A DNA stretch of 64,000 nucleotides from positions 73,045-137,044 of the forward strand of contig JACPGU010000003.1 of assembly GCA_016188915.1 (NCBI GenBank), given 5' to 3'. The notes under the pieces are model-generated. The model did not search any database. It was not told the DNA's origin and saw only the letters and a program-made list of their open reading frames with translations. Of the stretch, positions 36,901 through 46,443 are shown one piece after another (position 1 is the stretch's first letter; each line of letters begins with the position of its first letter). Position numbers and translations under genes: made by a program. The stretch is from Candidatus Microgenomates bacterium (lineage in GTDB: Bacteria; Patescibacteriota; JACPGU01).

Positions 36901-37815
36901 ATTATTGAAAGACAGATATTGTTAGCAAAAACCCATGGCTTCAAGGGATTTGGCATTTACTATTATTGGTTCAGCCATAATTCAATAACAGGCAATGATA
37001 TGCTCATGAAGGATGTTGTCGATAAATTTTTTGAAGATAATTTTGATAGCTTTGATGTTTTTTTCATCTATGCTAATGAAAGTTGGAGCGACAATCCTGC
37101 CTTCAACCAATATACTAACGGATGTTTGATCACTAACAAATATTCCAAGGAGGAAATCATTAAAAATTTTGAGAATCTAGTGCCTTACTTCAGGCATCCA
37201 AACTATAAAAAAATAGATAATAAGCCAGTTTTTCTGATCCACCATCCACATGAGATGACAGACAGTGAAATCCGGCTCTTTGTTTCTGTTGGTGATGAAA
37301 TTGTTAAAAGTAATGGTTTTTCTGGGCTAGAGCTAATAATTAACGAAATAAAGGGAGGTAGACATTTTGGGATAACAAATTATTCTCACCACCCTGATTA
37401 TAAAGATACTACTACTCCCGTAGCTGTTGAAAATGGCATAAGATATATTGATTATCAAAAATATGTTGATGATTACTTTCCTAATACTCCTTCTCGTTTT
37501 CGCAATATCCAAACCGTTTTTTATAATTTTGATAATACTGTTCGGTATTTCAACCATAAGAATAAACAGATTTTAGTGACCAAGACAAAAAACAACAATA
37601 TTGAGTATTTCAAAAAGTTTTTGATTTCTTCGCTTAATACATATAAGCACAGAGATAAATCCCAAAAGATATTTTTGATGAATTCTTGGAACGAGTGGGG
37701 TGAGCAGATGGCTCTTGAGCCAAGTAGCGAATCTGGCTTCAGGTTGCTTGATGCTTTCTGTGAAGTAATCTTAGATTTTGCAAAAGAAGACAATCACAAA
37801 GATACAAATGATTAA
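33931..37815 (+). CDS. Multidomain glycosyltransferase: GT4, coiled coil, second GT-B domain, WbsX/GH99-like domain
   Basis: GAERSL, EAFGRTVVEGM; SWRVTRP after the coiled coil; ETYSYSL; YFPQFH, LGYY, YYYWF and NSWNEWGE motifs. Confidence 0.88.
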   Translation: MKNTIKQKIRVVFISHSAGMAGAERSLLELLDGLKSRGIVCYVVLPAEGILEDELKKRLIPYSISPYRFWVMDENEKKEEVEDEISSQAIELARLLDSVKPDIIYTNTSVINVGALVARMLGKPHIWHIREFGEPSYKLILPIKERSKFVHENSECVIYNSKAVKEYYDGDKDKGIVIYNNISVDSFSSDDDIKKMGRVFKNKESYKLATIGSVSVGKNQEDIIFAVRDLVREGIDIELVIAGDEESVYAEKLRKIVSDNKLENNIRFLGYIHKPYRILSETDVLVVCSKNEAFGRTVVEGMLVGKPVIATRVGGIPEIITDGINGLLYVAGDHGELSEKLKFLFNNISKADLYAINGYEFAIKNFNDDKYSGKVIEVLSDLNDFTISGFNSLWANVWKLQKRDIDKRNDEIFSLTKSIQEKDKVILLQEKYLHDKEDIIQEKDKVIILQEKYLHDKEDIIQEKDILIKNKDVELAQHIKLVHGLFISTSWRVTRPFRFISTVLKRMSLLFIKTLFRLAKRVTPALIKKIIKRWFLLFIKKIKEKHEDSSCDGSTETGDTDNLPVIYNDNSLKSVYYISSVESGGTKKYIDDLLDTFATKDMNFVRIKSRDDLFFYEKYFKESDILLFQYLLYTDIEFEDIINIKKEKSLKLVVPVHDFYFFGEKKNEFYEFSPKVHTIYSKEVLSFSPLVFELLNLADIIIYPSNFVKNIFDSVYCFKTARLSGHIDNRNVNHAAISNEDAVSEKIINIGIINDAYPHKGGSYYPNLFRLYEYKGYKIFYHIFGHSKLDAPNVIFHGPYREDEIYSLLQENEIHGLVFLNEYAETYSYSLTKGINTRLPVLYSKIGAYTERMRDKTNSFPLGDIASIQTEACKMFDLIINNQCHAFGNSDMVLEKDIPNLYQELFLVDYDKMLDDKYHKNKKYYDYLFKIVEPYAIYFPQFHALKENNRTFYEGYHDMVNLQQAKKEDSSLETPIKNYLGYYNLKNDPSIIERQILLAKTHGFKGFGIYYYWFSHNSITGNDMLMKDVVDKFFEDNFDSFDVFFIYANESWSDNPAFNQYTNGCLITNKYSKEEIIKNFENLVPYFRHPNYKKIDNKPVFLIHHPHEMTDSEIRLFVSVGDEIVKSNGFSGLELIINEIKGGRHFGITNYSHHPDYKDTTTPVAVENGIRYIDYQKYVDDYFPNTPSRFRNIQTVFYNFDNTVRYFNHKNKQILVTKTKNNNIEYFKKFLISSLNTYKHRDKSQKIFLMNSWNEWGEQMALEPSSESGFRLLDAFCEVILDFAKEDNHKDTND
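35185..35326 (+). repeat. 63-bp tandem repeat (2 copies plus partial) encoding 21-aa coiled-coil units
   Basis: IQEKDKVI(L/I)LQEKYLHDKEDI twice with one nucleotide difference, then IQEKD. Confidence 0.95.
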
Positions 37816-39736
37816 AAAACCAAGGTTATTTCGAAATATACACCTTTCTCTTGGAGGGCTGGTAATCTATCTGACAATACTAGTAGTTGTGAGTGTTTTT
37901 CTTTTTGGTATTCGTTCGAGCGTCAGCGATAAGATGTTTATCTATGTCCAAAAAGAAAAACCAGATTTCTTACAAGTATTTTTCCCCATAGATGGCTTAT
38001 ATAGCGAAGAAAATAGTCAAAGATCAGAACTTTTTGACAATACGAAAAATGTTGTCGAAATAGCATTGCCATTGAGATCATTTGATCATATTCGTATTGA
38101 CCCTATTAATGAGGCCTCAGAGGTTGTTATAACCAAGATAGAGGTAAAGACCATGTTTGGCACAGAAACTCTAATGCCGAGCGATATAATAGCCCACGCG
38201 AAGCCTTTGCAGATGATTGACAGGCTAGAGATAGTACCTTCCGGCCTACTCATTCGTTCAACAGGAAACGATCCTTTTTTTGAATTGCAACTGGAAAAAT
38301 CTTTCAATTTTTCTCAGCTCATCGTCTTTGGTGTTGTTGGTCTTCTCTTATCTCTTCTAATATTCTTTGGCGGAAAAAAGATTTTATGCCTGAAGATTCC
38401 AAAAAAGGGTAGAACTTTTTGTTTGCTGGCGATTCCTTTATTTATTTCTGTTGGAATCGCAGCTTTATTCTACCCGGGGTTTATGTCTTATGATACGCTG
38501 CATGCTCTTCGAGGGGCTAGAAATGGTGTGGTTGATTCTGTCTGGCCACCAATGGTTAGCTATGTCTGGCGTGTTGTTGATATGGTATCTACCAACCCCT
38601 CGGCGATGCACTTCTCGCAAGTATCTCTGCTCATAGGGTCTATTTTTGGCATAGTAGTCTTCTTTACAAAGAGGATAAAATATGCGAGCGTATTTCTGGT
38701 CTTGTATCTGGCAATTCCTGTTATACTTGGCACCGTATCAGTCATTTGGAAAGATGTTCTGATGGCCTCTTTCTTTTTAGCTGGTTTTGCCGTTGTTTTG
38801 TACATGAAGCCCACAATGAATAAGTGGAAATTTGTTCTCTTGGCAGTGTTAGCAGGGATTTTGATATTTCTTGGAGTATGTTCACGGCACAACGCTATTT
38901 TCGGTGCTGTACCACTAGTTTTCTACATGGCTCTTGTCTTGTGCTCGCGTATATCTCGTGGCTCTACCAAAAAATTACTTTTCGGCACTATCTTGGTGGG
39001 GATTGTCCTTACGAGCTTACTCTTTGCTTCAAAGACCGTACTCGACAATCATATACTTCCTAGCTTTAAAAAACTGGAGAATAATACTGATGGTTTTCTA
39101 TGGGCCGTTCGGAACTTTGATGTGGCGGGCGCGAGCTTGTGTGTAGGCAAAAATCTTTTTGCTGATATGGCACCAGATTTAACGGTAGCTGAAATAGGAC
39201 GTATTTATAATCCAAAACACGTGAACCTGTCGGCAGGATTATCAGCAAAGGTCGGTGTCGATAGTAGGATAGACAAAATATGGCTGGATGTCGCTCTCCG
39301 TCATCCGATTTGTTTTTGGAATAACAAATTTCAGATGACCAAATATATGCTTGGTGCAAATCGCGGTGAGCAATTTATTATTACAGCACCGGCTATTAGT
39401 GAAAACGAATATGGCTACAAACTGCCAAAATCACCACTACGAGATGTCGCTGTGGGCTATATAATAAAAGCTTCAAATTGGCTATTTTTTAGACCTTGGT
39501 TTCTGTATTTTCTTTCAATCATAGCTTTCGTTTATATGCTACGAGTGAGAGCATTAAAGGCAGATCTTTCAGCTCTCTTTCTGTCTGGTCTATTTTATCT
39601 TGCGAGTTTAATTTTGTTCGGTAACGCAGCCGACGCTCGATTACCTTTCTATACAACAACTGCTCTGTTAATATTAACTTTCGTTGCGGCAATAAAGCTC
39701 TGGAAAAGATGCGGTGAGAAGAGGATAAAAGATTAA
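37808..39736 (+). CDS. Polytopic membrane protein, possible GT-C-type glycan-modifying transferase
   Basis: Many TM segments with YPGFMSYD, IWKD, RHNA and ADAR motifs; located in a locus with a GtrAB-like pair. Confidence 0.6.
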   Translation: MIKKPRLFRNIHLSLGGLVIYLTILVVVSVFLFGIRSSVSDKMFIYVQKEKPDFLQVFFPIDGLYSEENSQRSELFDNTKNVVEIALPLRSFDHIRIDPINEASEVVITKIEVKTMFGTETLMPSDIIAHAKPLQMIDRLEIVPSGLLIRSTGNDPFFELQLEKSFNFSQLIVFGVVGLLLSLLIFFGGKKILCLKIPKKGRTFCLLAIPLFISVGIAALFYPGFMSYDTLHALRGARNGVVDSVWPPMVSYVWRVVDMVSTNPSAMHFSQVSLLIGSIFGIVVFFTKRIKYASVFLVLYLAIPVILGTVSVIWKDVLMASFFLAGFAVVLYMKPTMNKWKFVLLAVLAGILIFLGVCSRHNAIFGAVPLVFYMALVLCSRISRGSTKKLLFGTILVGIVLTSLLFASKTVLDNHILPSFKKLENNTDGFLWAVRNFDVAGASLCVGKNLFADMAPDLTVAEIGRIYNPKHVNLSAGLSAKVGVDSRIDKIWLDVALRHPICFWNNKFQMTKYMLGANRGEQFIITAPAISENEYGYKLPKSPLRDVAVGYIIKASNWLFFRPWFLYFLSIIAFVYMLRVRALKADLSALFLSGLFYLASLILFGNAADARLPFYTTTALLILTFVAAIKLWKRCGEKRIKD

Positions 39737-39754
39737 GAGCAAAATCAATATACC

Positions 39755-40975
39755 CTACTTAATTGATAGAAATTCAACAAATCTTTCCTTCAGATATTCC
39801 ATCTGATCATCATTGAGCCCCTGATGACAAGCAACGACAAAGCCATTTTTCATGATATGCTCGGTGTTGGGAAACTCTGTTTTTGTTTCTTTCCTTTGAA
39901 TATTCTTAAAAGCAGGCTGCTTCAAGATGTTTCCGGTGAAGATAGGTCGTGTTTGGATATCGTTATTTTCCAGATACGTGACTAATTCTAGACGCGTGAA
40001 AGGCGCGTTTGGCTTAATAATGAGCGGGAAGGCAATCCAAGCCGTCTCGGTTTTCGGAGTTTGATTTGGCAAAGTGAAATATTTATTATTTTTCTTGAAA
40101 AATTCGTAAAGTGAGTTAAAATTCTTTCTCCTCTTCTCAAGGAAATCAGGCAATCTTTTTAATTGCTCTAAGGCAAAAGCAGCGGAAATCTCAAGGGGCA
40201 GGAAATTGTATCCTATTTCGCTAAAAATAAATTTATTATCGTATGGTATACCGTCTAATTTTGCTCGGAAACGATTTTCTAAAAGTTCAGAATTTGCTTT
40301 TTCGCCGAAAAGCGATGATTGTCTACCCCAGCCACGCATGACCACGAGCTTGTCTACCCACTTTTGGCTATTTACGCAAATCATTCCTCCTCCTCCCGCG
40401 CCGTTTATAATATGAGACCCATAGAAGCTTGTTGTTGAGATGTCAGAATAAGTACCAGAGGGTTTTCCGTTGTATGTTCCGCCGAGCGTGTCGCAAGAAT
40501 CTTCGATGAAAAAGAGATTATGTTTTTTTGCAATCTCGACCAATCTTTCCATATTTGGGATGTTGCCCATCAGAGAAGGAATCATTAATAGTTTTGTCTT
40601 TGAGGTTATAGCTTTTTCGATATCTTCTGGATTGATAATATAGGTATCGGGATCAACATCAATAAAAACAGGAACAATTCCCTTTTGGATGAGCGGCGCC
40701 ACTGTGGTGGCGAAAGTCAGAATAGGGGTAATCGCCTCACTCCCCTTTGGTAGGTCAAGAATTTCCAGAGCTAACAGATTGGCCGATGAACCAGAATTGA
40801 CCATCACACCATATTTTTTACCAAACATTTTGGCTATTTTTTCTTCAAATTCTTTTGTTTTGTCGCCTAGCGCTGTATTGCCTTCCAGAATCTTTACGAC
40901 CGCATCTATTTCTTCTTGCCCATGGACAGAATAACCATACGGGACTCTTATATTCGTTTTTTTTGCTTTTCGCAT
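39755..40975 (-). CDS. rfbH: DegT/DnrJ-family PLP enzyme, CDP-4-keto-6-deoxyglucose 3-dehydrase-like
   Basis: NSGSSANLLA, EDSCD.LG, SFYGSHII (His instead of Lys), GYN and TRP.FTGN motifs. Confidence 0.75.
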   Translation of the reverse strand: MRKAKKTNIRVPYGYSVHGQEEIDAVVKILEGNTALGDKTKEFEEKIAKMFGKKYGVMVNSGSSANLLALEILDLPKGSEAITPILTFATTVAPLIQKGIVPVFIDVDPDTYIINPEDIEKAITSKTKLLMIPSLMGNIPNMERLVEIAKKHNLFFIEDSCDTLGGTYNGKPSGTYSDISTTSFYGSHIINGAGGGGMICVNSQKWVDKLVVMRGWGRQSSLFGEKANSELLENRFRAKLDGIPYDNKFIFSEIGYNFLPLEISAAFALEQLKRLPDFLEKRRKNFNSLYEFFKKNNKYFTLPNQTPKTETAWIAFPLIIKPNAPFTRLELVTYLENNDIQTRPIFTGNILKQPAFKNIQRKETKTEFPNTEHIMKNGFVVACHQGLNDDQMEYLKERFVEFLSIK

Positions 40976-41079
40976 ATTTTTTCGTTATATTTATATGATT
41001 AGCACTCATAATACTAGCATTTTACCTCTCTGGCGTATAGACTATACCCTCGTCAAAGTTTAACCATCTAACTTTTTTT

Positions 41080-42072
41080 ATGAAAATAGATTTTGATATA
41101 ACTGAAGAATGGAACAGATATGTTGCTAAAGGACTAATCAAAAATGTCTTCGAAAGCCATAATGGCAAAATCGAAGCAGGGTTACGATTGGGTCCAAACG
41201 GTCCAGAACAATATGTTGTTGATCTTGCTACCGGCAGAGATATCAGTGAGCCGCCGATATGTAAGCATTGCGATAACGGCATTGATTTTTTATATGATCA
41301 TTTCGGTGGTTTAAAACCCCATACTCCTTCCAAGTCCCCTGGAAAACAAGATGATCTACTCGAAGATGCCGATTCGTGTATCTTTGCATGTCAGAATCAA
41401 AATGTCCCACATTCTGTTTTGAGACGTACACCGCTATTACAAGTAGAACTACCCGGCTCTAAATGGTTTGCATTTCCAAATCTTACCCCGTGGGAATCGC
41501 GCGGGCTTTTATTGTGGGTTCCTGTGGTGCCAGATGGCGTTACGACTACTTTTCCACATAGACCCCAAGGATTAACTCGAGCTAGCATAGAGGATTTTCT
41601 GGAAATATCCCAATCAAGAAAAGATCTAGTCACTTTTTTTAACTCGCTTCACGGAGGTGCTTCCGTTAACCATCTACATTTCCAGAGTGTCTATTCTGAT
41701 CACAAAATGGCCGTTGAATTAGCAGCACTGGTTAAATGGGAAAAATATACTCTAGTTGATGGATATTTTGCTCCTGCTCTCTTTTTCGCGCTAGATTCTG
41801 ATATCGAGAAAATATGGGAACCAATTGAAAAAATTCAACAAGCCGGTATCCCCTATGATCTGATAGCACTTTCGAGCGGCACCTACCTTTTCATCAGAAA
41901 CATTAATCACGAAATTGTCGAAGAATTTCCCGGCAGAGGATTGGGCGGGATCAATTTTGCCGGACTGATTATCACAGCCGATAAAAAAGATTTTACGCGA
42001 GTAACAGAACAGGTAATTCGGTCTGCTTTTGCTAAAGCAACAATTGATCCTCGGAAACTTGATTTTTTGTAG
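41080..42072 (+). CDS. HIT-superfamily NDP-sugar phosphorylase (GDP-glucose/GDP-L-galactose phosphorylase-like)
   Basis: FNSLHGGASVNHLHFQ motif. Confidence 0.7.
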   Translation: MKIDFDITEEWNRYVAKGLIKNVFESHNGKIEAGLRLGPNGPEQYVVDLATGRDISEPPICKHCDNGIDFLYDHFGGLKPHTPSKSPGKQDDLLEDADSCIFACQNQNVPHSVLRRTPLLQVELPGSKWFAFPNLTPWESRGLLLWVPVVPDGVTTTFPHRPQGLTRASIEDFLEISQSRKDLVTFFNSLHGGASVNHLHFQSVYSDHKMAVELAALVKWEKYTLVDGYFAPALFFALDSDIEKIWEPIEKIQQAGIPYDLIALSSGTYLFIRNINHEIVEEFPGRGLGGINFAGLIITADKKDFTRVTEQVIRSAFAKATIDPRKLDFL

Positions 42073-42119
42073 CAGGGATGATAGAGTTAAGGTGAAAAAT
42101 CCAATGAGGAGGATGAGAA

Positions 42120-42932
42120 ATGCGACTTTTCGATGAGTATGGGAGGCGAATTCCGCTTCCGTGGATGAGGGTCTATAGTCAGATTTCCAGAAGATATTTT
42201 CAGCTGAACCAACCAATAATTGATTTTAGCGATGTTTATCGTCGCACTGTAAAGTATCTGGGATTGGGAGATCTGCCATTTTCCGACCAGCACTTTAAAA
42301 AAAAGTGTGAAGATTTATTACAGGGCTTACATGAAGACGGTGAGATTAGTGATATCGCCAAAGGTGTTCGTGTGCCATTCCTTTGCCCACCTCTACCGTC
42401 AGACACAAAAAGGGGCGAAGAACTAGTGAAACTAGCTGTAGCTGTCGAGAGATCTTTTAAAGATCGATTCCTCGAGTACGAGTTTTACAATCGCGTAGAG
42501 CCACAATTTCTGGCAGGAGATAATGTGGTGCTCGCGGTCGATTCTCGTTATGAGCGTTTCGAAGAAGCAAGGCGTCAAGGAGTGGTAGTCGGGTGGTACT
42601 TTCCTAACTGCCTTTCTGAATATGATCTAGCTTCACAACGCTCTCAGATGGCGACCTTGCCGATCTTCCATGGACATTTTGTTTTGAGTGGCGGGGTGGA
42701 GACAGCAACAGCACTAATTGGGTGTCCCGATCTACTTATGAATCGAGACGCTTATCCGCATCATCTCTGCCTATCGGCGCTTCAGGATATCGACGAGCGG
42801 TTTTTTTACTCTTTCGAGGCCTATGGGCTTAATCTGGTTTTCAATCGTCGCAGTAATGTACTGACTCCGAAGGTAGCGCAACTCTCGGAACAGTTTGCTG
42901 GTGGGCTCACAGTATTTACATCTTGGGAATAA
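42120..42932 (+). CDS. Hypothetical protein
   Basis: 270-aa ORF after GAGGAGG RBS; no function recognised. Confidence 0.75.
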   Translation: MRLFDEYGRRIPLPWMRVYSQISRRYFQLNQPIIDFSDVYRRTVKYLGLGDLPFSDQHFKKKCEDLLQGLHEDGEISDIAKGVRVPFLCPPLPSDTKRGEELVKLAVAVERSFKDRFLEYEFYNRVEPQFLAGDNVVLAVDSRYERFEEARRQGVVVGWYFPNCLSEYDLASQRSQMATLPIFHGHFVLSGGVETATALIGCPDLLMNRDAYPHHLCLSALQDIDERFFYSFEAYGLNLVFNRRSNVLTPKVAQLSEQFAGGLTVFTSWE

Positions 42933-42943
42933 AGGAGAGACAG

Positions 42944-44071
42944 ATGGAAATAACGAATACGGCTCAATTGACACCGAGCCAGATCAAAGAAAGAGCCAAG
43001 TTGGAACAACGCTGGCCAAGGTCGTACGAAAAGCAACAGCGATTTGATGCCAACGCAGTAAACGGAGTTATCTCTCCAATTCTACGGCTATGTTGGAGTT
43101 TCCTCTGCAATTTTCATTGCGAACACTGTTGCGCCGAACACTATATGGATCGGCATTTAGTAAAAGTGACAGGATCAAAAGAGCAGAGGAGAGAACTCAA
43201 TCTCGATGATGTTCGTGATATCTCTCGTCAAGCAGATGAATATGGGATCTATCGATTTGTTTTGACTGGTGGAGAACCGACAACATGGAAAGACCTTTTT
43301 GCGGTGATCGAAGCGGTAGATCCGGCGAAACATTTAGTAATTCTCGATTCCAATGCATGGCTTCTTGATGAGAAGTTTGCCAGACGGCTCGCAGACGCAG
43401 GTGTTTATAAAATGCAGATTAGTTTGGACAGTTTCATTGAGGCAGAACATGATCTTTTCCGAAGTAAGCCAGGATCATACAGGCGCGTGATGCGAGCCAT
43501 TGAAGCGGTTCAGGAGACAGACATGAAGCTCATGCTTTCTACCTGTCTTATTCGTGGTAGAGCATCTACTCCGGAGTTCGAAAACCTGTGTAGGTTTGCA
43601 ACGGAACAGGGTATCATGCTTTATGTCACTTATGCGAAACCAGTTGGCACGCTCAAGGTCAATCACGAGGATTTCGTCATTACGAAAGAAGATGCCGACC
43701 ATGTGCGGGAGCTTGAGAAGCGCTATAATGTTACGACCCACATGACGCCTGCGTATATGCGAGGACAGGATGGGGTCCTTGGGCACTATGACGGCTGTAT
43801 CACGGTCAAGGGGATTAATACGATTACTTCTACGGGGGAGATCGTTCCTTGCCCCTACATGGACATGTCTATCGGCAATGTCCTTCGTGAGCCACTGGCT
43901 ACAATTCTTGATCGTGGCATGCGCAACAAATTTTTAGGACCGCACCGCAAGGACTGTCTGATCGGTGAAGACGCTGAATTCATAGAACGTCATAATCAAG
44001 CAGTTGAGGGTCGAGTCCAGCTTCCCGCGCCATACGGAGAAGGGTTCTCCGACAAGGACTTAATCGTTTAA
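42944..44071 (+). CDS. Radical SAM protein with SPASM/twitch-like C-terminus
   Basis: CNFHCEHC, TGGEP, ISLD, C-terminal C...G.IVPC...IGN. Confidence 0.9.
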   Translation: MEITNTAQLTPSQIKERAKLEQRWPRSYEKQQRFDANAVNGVISPILRLCWSFLCNFHCEHCCAEHYMDRHLVKVTGSKEQRRELNLDDVRDISRQADEYGIYRFVLTGGEPTTWKDLFAVIEAVDPAKHLVILDSNAWLLDEKFARRLADAGVYKMQISLDSFIEAEHDLFRSKPGSYRRVMRAIEAVQETDMKLMLSTCLIRGRASTPEFENLCRFATEQGIMLYVTYAKPVGTLKVNHEDFVITKEDADHVRELEKRYNVTTHMTPAYMRGQDGVLGHYDGCITVKGINTITSTGEIVPCPYMDMSIGNVLREPLATILDRGMRNKFLGPHRKDCLIGEDAEFIERHNQAVEGRVQLPAPYGEGFSDKDLIV

Positions 44072-44083
44072 CCTACCAATTTA

Positions 44084-44125
44084 ATGGGGCTTTCTGCTTT
44101 GAGCAGTTGAGCCCCATAATTTTTT
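44084..44125 (+). terminator. Intrinsic terminator
   Basis: ATGGGGCT...AGCCCCAT extended stem followed by T run. Confidence 0.7.
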
Positions 44126-44240
44126 TCGCTATTTGTGCTAGATTGACACATTGCCATAAAAGAAGTAACCTTATCTCATGCAGATAGCCCCATAATGGCT
44201 CGCAATACTAGGAAATTATGAAAACTATATTTTTTGACGT

Positions 44241-45221
44241 ATGTCTGATTTTTACAAAGACAAGAAAACTATTTCGGTGGTAACTTCCTGCTTTAACGAA
44301 GAAGAGAATGTAGAAGAGTTATTTAGATCTATAGAAAAGGTGTTTCAGGACAATCCGAGATATATGTTTGAAGTTATCTTTATGGATAACGCATCAACGG
44401 ACTCAACGGCTAGTGTTCTTAGAAGGATAGCGAGTAGTGATAAGCGAGTAAAGGTGATTCTTAATGCGAAAAATTTTGGTCATATTCGCTCCCCTTATCA
44501 CGGATTACTTCAAACGAAAGGTGACGCTGTAGTTATGATGGCTTCTGACCTACAGGATCCACCAGAAATGATCGCTGATTTCGTCAAGGCATGGGAGAAT
44601 GGGGCCGATATTGTTGTTGGTATCAAAGATAAGAGCAAAGAAGGTCCGTTAATGTTTCTAGTTAGAAGAGTGTTTTACTACCTGAGCCACAAGATGTCTG
44701 AAACCGATTACATAAAAAACTTTACTGGTTTTGGTTTATACGATAAGAAGTTTGTCGATGTTCTGCGAGGACTAGATGAGCCATACCCTTACTTGCGAGG
44801 GTTAGTAGCGCAATTTGGCTCCAATATAGAAAAAATAAGGTTTACCCAACCGAAAAGAAAGGCAGGGAGGACAAAAAACAATTTCTATACTCTTTACGAT
44901 ATGGCTATGCTTGGTTTCGTGAATCATTCTAAGATCCCCATTCGATTAGCCAGCTTTATCGGCTTTACTGGCGCTTTTATGAGCTTTATGGTTGCAATTG
45001 CCTATTTCGCATACAAGCTAATTTATTGGAAAAGTTTTGAGGCAGGAGTTGCCCCTCTTGTTATTGGGTTTTTCTTTGTTTCGTCCATCCAACTGCTCTT
45101 TATCGGCATTATAGGAGAATATATTTCCTCTATTTACACTCAAGTAAAAAATCAACCACTAGTAATCGAAAAGGAGAGAATTAATTTTGAAGAAACTGAT
45201 ACAAAAACTTTGGGCCAATAG
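44241..45221 (+). CDS. GT2 polyprenol-phosphate glycosyltransferase (GtrB-like)
   Basis: FNEEEN, DN.STD, KNFG, DLQDPP; two C-terminal TMs with GIIGEY. Confidence 0.88.
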   Translation: MSDFYKDKKTISVVTSCFNEEENVEELFRSIEKVFQDNPRYMFEVIFMDNASTDSTASVLRRIASSDKRVKVILNAKNFGHIRSPYHGLLQTKGDAVVMMASDLQDPPEMIADFVKAWENGADIVVGIKDKSKEGPLMFLVRRVFYYLSHKMSETDYIKNFTGFGLYDKKFVDVLRGLDEPYPYLRGLVAQFGSNIEKIRFTQPKRKAGRTKNNFYTLYDMAMLGFVNHSKIPIRLASFIGFTGAFMSFMVAIAYFAYKLIYWKSFEAGVAPLVIGFFFVSSIQLLFIGIIGEYISSIYTQVKNQPLVIEKERINFEETDTKTLGQ

Positions 45222-45609
45222 GTTTCTTCGTTTTCTGGTTGTTGGTTTTTTTAATACCGTATTTGGGTATTCCATCTTTGCGCTATTTATTTTTGTTGGC
45301 TATAATTATATTGTAGCTGCCATGCTCGGGACTATCGGCGGGATACTGTTTAACTTCAAATCGGTTGGCGTAATTGTATTTAAAAGTCATAATAATGCCC
45401 TGATATTCAGATTTTTTGCGGTTTATGGCGTTGTCTATTTATTCAATCTTACAGGCATCAAAATCTTTGCTGATTATGGAATTGGTAGTTACATTGCGGG
45501 TGCAATTTTGGTCTTACCTGCCGCAGCAATCGGCTATCTCCTCAATAAAAAATTTGTTTTTAATCGGACCCCGATAGACATAAAAGAAGATGAACATATC
45601 TCGGCCTAA
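45187..45609 (+). CDS. GtrA-family flippase
   Basis: RFLVVG.FNT, four TMs, YLLNKKFVF. Confidence 0.85.
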   Translation: MKKLIQKLWANRFLRFLVVGFFNTVFGYSIFALFIFVGYNYIVAAMLGTIGGILFNFKSVGVIVFKSHNNALIFRFFAVYGVVYLFNLTGIKIFADYGIGSYIAGAILVLPAAAIGYLLNKKFVFNRTPIDIKEDEHISA

Positions 45610-45670
45610 CCGCCAATCCATTTGTTCTGTCTGGAAAATGTGCTATTCTAAGTAAAATATATTTTGTTTT

Positions 45671-46441
45671 ATGAAAACAATAATTCTTTGTGGAGGGCAA
45701 GGGACAAGAATGAAAGAGGAGACCGAATTCAAGCCAAAACCATTGGTTCTTATTGGCGGTAAGCCGATTTTGTGGCATATCATGAAAATCTACTCACACT
45801 ACGGTTTTAACGAATTTATCCTGGCATTGGGATATAAGGGCAATATGATTAAGGAATATTTCCTTAATCAAAGGACTTTTTTAAATGACTTCACCCTAAA
45901 TACCAAAGACAATAAGATCACTTTCCACAACAACGATCACGGTGACTTTAAGATTACTTTTATTGACACTGGCCTTGAAACATTGCCTGGAGAACGGATT
46001 TTACGTTGCAAACCATATATCCCAAAGGAGGATACTGATTTTATGGTCACCTACGGCGATGGCGTGTCTGATATTAATATCGACAATTTACTAGAATTTC
46101 ATCGTCGACAAAAAACTATTGGGACAATCATGGGGATAAATCCTCGTTTCAAATTTGGAACAGTATTGGTAAAACCAGACAATAAGATCTCAAAGTTTTC
46201 GGAAAAACCGGTCTTGGAGGATTGGATTAATGGAGGATTTATGGTTTTTAACAAAAAAGTATTTTCCTATATCAATCCCGGTGAGACAGAACATGCCGCG
46301 CTCAAGAGATTGTCGAGAAAGGGTGAACTTTCGTTATTTAGACACAATGGTGCTTGGGCGTGCATGGATACACACAAAGAACATGCGGAACTCAATAAAC
46401 GCTGGCTCAAAGATCCCTTTTGGAGAGTATGGGAAAAATAA
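45671..46441 (+). CDS. rfbF: Glucose-1-phosphate cytidylyltransferase
   Basis: ILCGGQGTR..EET..KPKP, DTG, TYGDG, WINGGF and W.CMDT motifs. Confidence 0.9.
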   Translation: MKTIILCGGQGTRMKEETEFKPKPLVLIGGKPILWHIMKIYSHYGFNEFILALGYKGNMIKEYFLNQRTFLNDFTLNTKDNKITFHNNDHGDFKITFIDTGLETLPGERILRCKPYIPKEDTDFMVTYGDGVSDINIDNLLEFHRRQKTIGTIMGINPRFKFGTVLVKPDNKISKFSEKPVLEDWINGGFMVFNKKVFSYINPGETEHAALKRLSRKGELSLFRHNGAWACMDTHKEHAELNKRWLKDPFWRVWEK

Positions 46442-46443
46442 TC

